From: Eledone cirrhosa
Taxonomy: Eukaryota
Direction of reading: 5' to 3'
Assembly (NCBI GenBank): GCA_964016885.1
Contig: OZ024749.1
Coordinates: forward strand, 13,888,001 to 13,952,000
Length of the DNA: 64,000 nt
Shown here: piece by piece, positions 55,200 through 64,000 of the stretch
Layout: each line of letters begins with the position of its first letter
How positions within the stretch are numbered: the stretch's first letter is position 1
Program-made: the position numbers and the translations under genes
The notes under the pieces: generated by a model
What the model saw: only the letters and a program-made list of their open reading frames with translations
The model's database searches: none
What the model was told of the DNA's origin: nothing

Positions 55200-55248
<49 letters not shown>

Positions 55249-55711
55249 AGATCTATACGACACAACTTTATAATATACACACATACATGTAGACTTTTAA
55301 AATATATACACGCACATATATACATACATACACTTTGTTGAGGTTACAGAGCTAAGTGTCCGAGCTGTTTATCACTTCAATAACAACTGTAACTATCCAT
55401 CCATGGGTGATAGGTCCAACAATAAATAACTGGAGTATTTTAAATTCCACGAAACCCGTCTTGGTTTTTATTACCCACCATCAACCACAACAGAAAAAAG
55501 AAATATATTTTATATAATATATATATATATATACAATTAACTGTGATTCGAAACCGTATCGCCGGATTTTTACCATTGATTCCATAATACTGACCAAACA
55601 CCAGATTTTTTAGCTATATATATATATATATACACACGCCCATATATACATACATATATATATATATATACATATGTGTGTGTATATATTCAGTAAAAAA
55701 CCAAACGAAAT

Positions 55712-55841
55712 ATGTCTTCTATCCGTCCTAGTAGCACTGACTTTAGTGGGGGAAGTGTAAACGAGTTTTTATCAGAGGCAACTCCACCCGAGGATGAATT
55801 CATGATCAGCTACAGAGAGACACCTATTGGCATCTACCCAG
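55712..55841 (+). CDS. Candidate coding exon, unknown product
   Basis: Non-repetitive MSSIRPSSTDFSGGSVNEFLSEATPPEDEFMISYRETPIGIYP, with an acceptor TTCAG ending at 55693 and a consensus donor CAG|GTAAGT at 55841/55842 (phase 1). Confidence 0.42.
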
Positions 55842-56266
55842 GTAAGTTGATTATATTTTTGTTGTTTGTTGTTTCGTGGTGGCGTTGGTGGTGATGCTGG
55901 GGCTGGTTGATGGTGGTGGTGTTGGTGGTGATGGTGTTGGTATTGGTGGTGTTGTTGGTGGTGGTGTTGGTCGGTGTGGTGTTGGTGGTGTTGTTTGTGG
56001 TGGTGGTGGTGTTGGTAGTGGTAGTGTTGCTGTGGTTTGTTTTGTTTGTGGTGTTGGTGATGTTGTTAGTGTTGTTGTCATTGTCGTTGTTGGTGGTGGC
56101 ATTGGGAGTGGGGGTGGTGGTAGTTGTGGTAATAGTGTTATTGTTATTATTGTTGTTGTTGCTGTTGTTGTTGTTGTTGGTGGTGGAGGTGGTAGGAGGT
56201 GTGGTCGTGGTGCTGTTGGTGTTACTATTATTGTTGTTGGTGTTTTTGTTATTGTTATTGGTGCAG

Positions 56267-56310
56267 CTGAATTGGATCCAACGTCGGCGAGGGTCCCAGC
56301 TTGCTCATGA
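56267..56310 (+). CDS. Candidate second exon, (A)ELDPTSARVPACS*
   Basis: T-rich tract plus TGCAG acceptor. Joined in phase 1 to the donor at 55841 it gives 14 codons before TGA. Confidence 0.3.
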
Positions 56311-56452
56311 TATTAATGTGCAAGTGCCTGAGCAGTCCACAGACACGTGTATCCTTAACATAGATCTCAGAAAACTTCAGAACGACATGTTGCGTGTCTA
56401 GGATGACTGCTTGAATTCCTGGTACAGATCATTTGTTGCCAGTTTAGTTGGA

Positions 56453-57751
56453 CTGGAGCTACAGGGAATAGAGTGACTTGCTTAAGGACACACAACACCG
56501 CCCTGGAGCTACAGGGAATAGGGTGACTTGCTTAAGGACACACAACACCGCCCTGGAGCTACAGGGAATAGGGTGACTTGCTTAAGGACACACAGCACCG
56601 CCCTGGAGCTACAGGGAATAGAGTGACTTGCTTAAGGACACACAGCACCGCCCTGGAGCTACAGAGAATAGGGTGACTTGCTTAAGGACACACAACACCG
56701 CCCTGGAGCTACAGGGAATAGGGTGACTTGCTTAAGGACACACAGCACCGCCCTGGAGCTACAGGGAATAGAGTGACTTGCTTAAGGACACACAGCACCG
56801 CCCTGGAGCTACAGGGAATAGAGTGACTTGCTTAAGGACACACAGCACCGCCCTGGAGCTACAGGGAATAGAGTGACTTGCTTAAGGATACACAACACCG
56901 CCCTGGAGCTACAGGGAATAGAGTGACTTGCTTAAGGATACACAACACCACCCTGGAGCTACAGGGTATAGAGTGACTTGCTTAAGGATACACAACACCA
57001 CCCTGGAGCTACAGGGAATAGAGTGACTTGCTTAAGGATACACAACACCACCCTGGAGCTACAGGGAATAGAGTGACTTGCTTAAGGACACACAGCACCA
57101 CCCTGGAGCTACAGGTAATAGAGTGACTTGCTTAAGGACACACAGCACCGCCCTGGAGCTACAGGGAATAGAGTGACTTGCTTAAGGACACATAACACCG
57201 CCCTGGAGCTACAGGGAATAGAGTGACTTGCTTAAGGACACACAGCACTACCCTGGAGCTACAGGTAATAGAGTGACTTGCTTAAGGACACACAGCACCG
57301 CCCTGGAGCTACAGGGAATAGAGTGTCTTGCTTAAGGACACACAGCACCGCCCTGGAGCTACAGGGAATAGAGTGACTTGCTTAAGGACACACAACACTG
57401 CCCTAGAGCTACAGAGAATAGAGTGACTTGCTTAAGGACACACAACGCCGCCCTGAAGCTACAGGGAATAGAGTGACTTGCTTAAGGACACACAACACCG
57501 CCCTGGAGCTACAGGGAATAGAGTGTCTTGCTTAAGGACACACAGCACCGCCCTGGAGCTACAGGGAATAGAGTGACTTGCTTAAGGACACACAACACTG
57601 CCCTAGAGCTACAGAGAATAGAGTGACTTGCTTAAGGACACACAACGCCGCCCTGAAGCTACAGGGAATAGAGTGACTTGCTTAAGGACACACAACACCG
57701 CCCTGGAGCTACAGGGAATAGAGTGACTTGCTTAAGGACACACAACACTGC
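56453..57751. repeat. 50-bp minisatellite (~26 copies) amplified from a CORE-SINE core domain
   Basis: The minus-strand unit contains TGTGTCCTTAAGCAAGTCACTCTATTCCCTGTAGCTCCAG, compared with TGTGTCCTTGAGCAAGGCACTTTATTTCACATTGCTCCAG at 27582. An A-box-like head lies at ~57765-57795 (minus). Confidence 0.93.
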
Positions 57752-57932
57752 CTGTTTCAAGAACCGAACACCTTAACTACTGAGTCACCTGCTCCCACAA
57801 TTACGTTACACATACACACACATACACACACATACAAATGCACACACGCTTCGTGACAGGGGCAGGGTAAGATTAAGGACCACCCCCACCCTAACCCTAC
57901 ACTGGTTGTGGCTCTCAGCTGGCAATATAACA

Positions 57933-60900
57933 GAGATGGTGGTACCCCTGTAAAGTAGGGTGAGGTCACTGTGGTGGAGATGGTGGTACCCCTGTAAAGT
58001 AGGGCGAGGTCACTCTGGTGGAGATGGAGGTACCCCTGTAAAGTAGGGCGAGGTCACTGTGGTGGAGATGGTGGTACCCCTGTAAAGTAGGGTGAGGTCA
58101 CTGTGGTGGAGATGGTGGTACCGCTGTAAAGTAGGGCGAAGTCACTGTGGTGGAGATGGTGGTACCGCTGTAAAGTAGGGCGAGGTCACTGTGGTGGAGA
58201 TGGTGGTACCCCTGTAAAGTAGGGCGAGGTCACTGTGATGGAGATGGTGGTACCCCTGTAAAGTAAGGTGTAGGGTAGGGTGAGGTCACTGTGGTGGAGA
58301 TGGTGGTACCTCTGTAAAGTAGGGTGAGGTCACTGAGGTGGAGATGGTGGTACCCCTGTAAAGTAGGGTGAGGTCACTGTGGTGGAGATGGTGGTACCCC
58401 TGTAAAGTAAGGTGTAGGGTAGGGTGAGGTCACTGAGGTGGAGATGGTGGTACCCCTGTAAAGTAGGGTGAGGTCACTGAGGTGGAGATGGTGGTACCCC
58501 TGTAAAGTAGGGTGAGGTCACTGTGGTGGAGATGGTGGTACCCCTGTAAAGTAAGGTGTAGGGTAGGGTGAGGTCACTGAGGTGGAGATGGTGGTACCCC
58601 TGTAAAGTAGGGTGAGGTCACTGTGGTGGAGATGGTGGTACCCCTGTAAAGTAGTGTGAGGTCACTGTGGTGGAGATGGTGGTACCCCTGTAAAGTAGGG
58701 CGAGGTCACTGTGGTGGAGATGGTCGTACCCCTGTAAAGTAGGGCGAGGTCACTGTGGTGGAGATGGTCGTACCCCTGTAAAGTAAGGGGTAAAGTAGTG
58801 TGAGGTCACTGTGGTGGAGATGGTGGTACCCCTGTAAAGTAGGGCGAGGTCACTGTGGTGGAGATGGTGGTACCCCTGTAAAGTAAGGTGTAGGGTAGGG
58901 TGAGGTCACTGTGGTGGAGATGGTGGTAGCCCTGTAAAGTAGGGGGTAAAGTAGGGTGAGGTCACTGAGGTGGAGATGGTGGTACCCCTGTAAAGTAAGG
59001 CGAGGTCACTGTGGTGGTGATGGTGGTACTCCTGTAAAGTAAGGTGTAGGGTAGGGTGAGGTCACTCTGGTGGAGATGGTGGTACCCCTGTAAAGTAGGG
59101 TGAGGTCACTGAGGTGGAGATGGTGGTACCCCTGTAAAGTAAGGTGTAGGGTAGGGTGAGGTCACTGTGGTGGAGATGGTGGTAGCCCTGTAAAGTAGGG
59201 GGTAAAGTAGGGTGAGGTCACTGAGGTGGAGATGGTGGTACCCCTGTAAAGTAAGGCGAGGTCACTGTGGTGGAGATGGTGGTACCCCTGTAAAGTAAGG
59301 TGTAGGGTAGGGTGAGGTCACTCTGGTGGAGATGGTGGTACCCCTGTAAAGTAGGGTGAGGTCACTGTGGTGGAGATGGTGGTAGCCCTGTAAAGTAGGG
59401 GGTAAAGTAGGGTGAGGTCACTGTGGTGGAGATGGTGGTACCCCTGTAAAGTAGGGCGAGGTCACTGTGGTGGAGATGGTGGTACCCCTGTAAAGTAGGG
59501 CGAGGTCACTGTGGTGGAGATGGTGGTACCCCTGTAAAGTAAGGTGTAGGGTAGGGCGAGGTCACTCTGGTGGAGATGGTGGTACCCCTGTAAAGTAGGG
59601 CGAGGTCACTGTGGTGGAGATGGTGGTACCCCTGTAAGTAGGGCGAGGTCACTCTGGTGGAGATGGTGGTATCCCTGTAAAGTAGGGCGAGGTCACTGTG
59701 GTGGAGATGGTGGTACCCCTGTAAAGTAGGGCGAGGTCACTGTGGTGGAGATGGTGGTACCCCTGTAAAGTAGGGTGAGGTCACTGTGGTGGAGATGGTG
59801 GTACCCCTGTAAAGTAGGGTGTAGGGTAGGGTGAGGTCACTGTGGTGGAGATGGTGGTACTCCTGTAAAGTAGGGCGAGGTCACTGAGTTGGAGATGGTG
59901 GTACCCCTGTAAAGTAGGGTGAGGTCACTGTGGTGGAGATGGTGGTACCCCTGTAAAGTAGGGTGAGCTCACTGTGGTGGAGATGGTGGTACCCCTGTAA
60001 AGTAGGGTGAGGTCACTGTGGTGGAGATGGTGGTACCCCTGTAAAGTAGGGCGAGGTCACTGTGGTGGAGATGGTGGTACCCCTGTAAAGTAGGGTGTAG
60101 GGTAGGGTGAGGTCACTGTGGTGGAGATGGTGGTACTCCTGTAAAGTAGGGCGAGGTCACTGAGTTGGAGATGGTGGTACCCCTGTAAAGTAGGGTGAGG
60201 TCACTGTGGTGGAGATGGTGGTACCCCTGTAAAGTAGGGTGAGCTCACTGTGGTGGAGATGGTGGTACCCCTGTAAAGTAGGGTGAGGTCACTGTGGTGG
60301 AGATGGTGGTACCCCTGTAAAGTAGGGTGTAGGGTAGGGTGAGGTCACTGAGTTGGAGATGGTGGTACCCCTGTAAAGTAGGGTGAGGTCACTGTGGTGG
60401 AGATGGTGGTACCCCTGTAAAGTAGGGTGAGGTCACTGTGGTGGAGATGGTGGTACCCCTGTAAAGTAGGGCGAGGTCACTCTGGTGGAGATGGTGGTAC
60501 CCCTGTAAAGTAGGGTGAGGTCACTGAGGTGGAGATGGTGGTACCCCTGTAAAGTAGGGTGAGGTCACTGTGGTGGAGATGGTGGTACCCCTGTAAAGTA
60601 AGGTGTAGGGTAGGGTGAGGTCACTGTGGTGGAGATGGTGGTACTCCTGTAAAGTAGGGTGAGGTCACTGTGGTGGAGATGGTGGTACCCCTGTAAAGTA
60701 AGGTGTAGGGTAGGGTGAGGTCACTGTGGTGGAGATGGTGGTACCCCTATAAAGTAAGGTGTAGGGTAGGGTGAGGTCACTGAGGTGGAGATGGTGGTAC
60801 TCCTGTAAAGTAGGGTGAGGTCACTGTGGTGGAGATGGTGGTACCCCTGTAAAGTAAGGTGTAGGGTAGGGTGAGGTCACTGTGGTGGAGATGGTGGTAC

Positions 60901-60945
60901 CCCTATAAAGTAAGGTGTAGGGTAGTGTGAGGTCACTGTGGTGGT
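57933..60945. repeat. 44-bp G-rich minisatellite with 56-bp insertion variants
   Basis: Unit GAGATGGTGGTACCCCTGTAAAGTAGGGTGAGGTCACTGTGGTG. Variants add 12 nt (AAGGTGTAGGGT). Confidence 0.97.
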
Positions 60946-61534
60946 GACGGAGTCTTGCAGTCATGTTTATTCACACACTTGTCTAGTGTGTGTAATGTGT
61001 GTGTGTAGTGTGTGTGTGTAATGTGTGTGTGTAGTGTGTGTGTGTAATGTGTGTGTGTAGTGTGTGTGTGTAATGTGTGTGTGTAGTGTGTGTAATGTGT
61101 GTGTAGTGTGTGTAGTGTGAGTGTGTAATGTGTGTGTGTAGTGTGTGTAATGTGTGTGTAGTGTGTGTAGTGTGTGTAGTGTAATGTGTGTGTAGTGTGT
61201 GTGTGTAGTGTGTGTAGTGTATGTGTGTGTAGTGTGTGTGTGTAGTGTGTGTGTGTAGTGTATTTGTGTGTGTGTGTGTGTGTGGGTGTGTGTGTAGTGT
61301 GTGTAGTGTGTGTAGTGTGTGTAGTGTGTAGTGTGTGTGTGTAGTGTGTGTAGTGTGTAGTGTGTGAGTGTAGTGTGTGTAGTGTGTGTGTGTGTAGTAT
61401 ATGTAGTGTGTGTGTGTAGTATATGTAGAGTGTGTGTATGAAACGCCACGCTTTCCCACAACTTCTTTGGTCAACAGCAATATTTCATGTCAACGCCCAT
61501 TTGACAGTTGTCTCAAAATGATATATCTCCCTGC

Positions 61535-61616
<82 letters not shown>

Positions 61617-61785
61617 ACTAGAAATTGATTAACATATAAATAAACATGAATAATGACAGGAGATAATTTTTACAAGTGTGTAACCACACATAGCTAGGTA
61701 GGTAACTAAATAAGGTTGACCAGAACTTCAAAAATAGATACCTTATAATATTATTAAGCAAATTCATTTGAGTGATCTCAATTTT

Positions 61786-61864
<79 letters not shown>

Positions 61865-61899
61865 TAAGAATATTTCCCAAACAGCGAGTGGGTTTGAAA

Positions 61900-62183
61900 T
61901 TATTATAAATGTAAGCTATCGCCGTATTTTGACTAAAAAAATTAAAGAAATTATTTAGCCTGATAGTGGGGTTAAGAACCCTCGGAGAAATGGAAAAAAA
62001 GATGAGTATTGACGTACATGGGAGTCGAACCCACATCTTTGGTTATCCAGACCACTGTGCTTCCCATGTACGTCAATACTCATCTTTTTCCATTTCTCCG
62101 AGGGTTCTTAACCCCACTATCAGGCTAAATAATTTCTTTAATTTCTTTAGTCAAAATACGGCGATAGCTTACATTTATAATAA
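61900..62183. mobile_element. Fold-back of a tRNA-headed element
   Basis: Arms are 61900-62023 and 62062-62183. The spacer is the minus-strand tRNA-like segment with B-box GGTTCGACTCC. Confidence 0.82.
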
Positions 62184-62184
62184 T

Positions 62185-62215
<31 letters not shown>

Positions 62216-62309
62216 AAGAAAAAGGGATGAAATCGAAAATGCAACTGAAGTCTTATTTATTTATTTATTTTTTTTTTTTTTTTTTTTAAATATATATATT
62301 TATTTGGTT

Positions 62310-62347
62310 CCTTTACCGGTTTCGCAGTTCTTCTGCTTTTCAAAAGG
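62310..62347 (-). ncRNA. Mirror copy of the U3-A8 hammerhead
   Basis: Exact reverse complement of 62417-62454. Confidence 0.72.
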
Positions 62348-62416
62348 TGAGTTGAGATGGAGGGTCTGTGGTTTTTCTCACAGTGAGAAAAACCACAGAC
62401 CCTCCATCTCAACTCA

Positions 62417-62454
62417 CCTTTTGAAAAGCAGAAGAACTGCGAAACCGGTAAAGG
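62417..62454 (+). ncRNA. Minimal hammerhead ribozyme, U3-A8 core variant
   Basis: CCTT-TTGAAAA-GCAG(AAGAA)CTGC-GAAA-CCGG-TA|AAGG, with AATAAA at 62459. Confidence 0.72.
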
Positions 62455-62585
62455 AACCAAATAAATATATATATTTTTTTTAAAAATAAGACTTCAGTTG
62501 CATTTTCGATTTCATCCCTTTTTCTTTATACTTCCACTCGTGTAGGACACCTCGGTTATTTTTCATTTTGTAAAAAAAACCTCAC

Positions 62586-62657
<72 letters not shown>

Positions 62658-62867
62658 ATGTGTGAGTATGTGTATGTGTCTATGTGTGTGTATGTGTATG
62701 TGTGTGCATGTGTGTAAGTGTGTGTATGTGTGTGTGTATGTGTATGTGTGTGTATGTGTATGTGTCTCTGTGTGTGTATGTGTATGTGTGTCATGTGTAT
62801 GTGTGTATGTGTGTGTGTCTGTGTGTGTCTGTGTGTGCCTGTGTATGTGTGTATGATATTTTTTAAA

Positions 62868-63968
62868 GTGAGGAAAGACTGTGCTGAGCCAATCCCACTC
62901 TCTGAGAGACAGTAGCTATAACCCGAAAAGAAGAAAAGATCAATATCATCGGAAACTACTGAGCCGCAGGTTTTATATCGGAGTTATCCCAGTTTCCTGA
63001 GTTGTCTTCTCCTAGAAGAATGCCCTGACAAATGCTAGGGGGTCCCAGTGGTTTAACCGCGCGGTACATGTGCGTATACATATTTACACACTTTTGGATG
63101 GCCGTTGACTCTTATGAGTTCTTCCGCCCTTTGTTAGGTTTTGTGTTTTGTCCTGCAGGGTGTCCAAAATCACCCTCCTCACCAAGTAAACTTGGTGGGG
63201 TTGCCGGTTTAGTCGCCGACGACCCAACCATGCGAGAGGTTGTACTAGGTTACATGTTACCAGCAGCACTCAAGAGTGACCCGACATAACATACATACAT
63301 ACATAGGCACATACATACATACATTTCATAATACATTCATACTTACACATATACATACATACATACATACATACATACATACATACATACATAGGCACAT
63401 ACATACATACATTTCATAATACATTCATACTTACACATATACATACATACATACATACATACATACATACATACATACATACATACATACATACATACAT
63501 ACATACATACATGGTGGCTGCCAACTCGTTTTCGAGTACGGCCACTACTTTATATCCATGTAGGAGAACCCCTACCGATGCGCTCAACGAGTGTGACTTT
63601 TTAGTCCAGCCAGCGACTTGAAAACTCTGGTACAAACACTACACTTGTGACAATTATTGACACATAGTGCTGGGCCCATGGTACCATGTGACGACAAGTG
63701 CAGAGAGATCTCCAGATATAAAGCAATGCCTGTGCCGTGAAGCTTTTATAGTGAGCAAAGGCACTGCACAAAGCCAGTCCCACTCTCTTAACCAAGATGA
63801 TATTTACCAAAAAGAAGAACAAGTCAACATCATTGGATACCATCAGGGTTGCAGGTGTTATATCAGAGTTTTCCTTCTCCTAGAATTCTGCCTTGACAAA
63901 GGCTAAGGGGTCATCTTTCCCGGTGATTTTGGATGGCCATTGACTCTTAAGAGCTCCTTTGCCCTTTG
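62868..63968 (-). mobile_element. Two diverged copies of an RTE 5'-UTR-like repeat in (CATA)n
   Basis: Shared CTTCTCCTAGAA...GACAAA.GCTA.GGG...TTTTGGATGGCC.TTGACTCTTA.GAG at ~63005-63120 and ~63875-63955. The family call is by resemblance. Confidence 0.5.
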
Positions 63969-64000
63969 ACATACATACATACGTACGTACATACATACAT

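Larger units (their letters stand above)
62211..62530. mobile_element. ~150-170-bp-arm palindrome (centre 62382) of a hammerhead module
   Basis: The arms are reverse complements apart from a poly-T expansion, and the right arm extends to ~62590. Confidence 0.88.

Overview
Repeat-dense, AT-rich eukaryotic DNA, most likely from an octopus or other coleoid cephalopod (inferred from the SINE/RTE repertoire and the extreme (TA)n/(CA)n/(CATA)n content). No intact host gene is recognisable, and almost all listed ORFs are artefacts of simple repeats. The window holds seven tandem arrays (61, ~56, ~22, 45, 21, 50 and 44 bp units), two of them amplified from SINE sub-domains. It also holds about 19 copies of one tRNA-headed SINE, CORE-type SINEs, degraded RTE and CR1 LINE fragments, a mariner-type MITE and a possible small two-exon gene. 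The main unexplained structure is a set of short non-coding modules embedded in (TA)n tracts. These carry minimal type I hammerhead ribozymes with palindromic stem III loops (a Penelope-like pLTR signature), then an AATAAA, then a covarying bulged hairpin RCUC-[stem-loop]-UY-GAGY-(RCU) seen 12 times across sequence-divergent families. Many modules form head-to-head fold-back palindromes, and one has a compensatory U3-A8 hammerhead core. All alignments, foldings and copy counts were done by eye, so boundaries are approximate.
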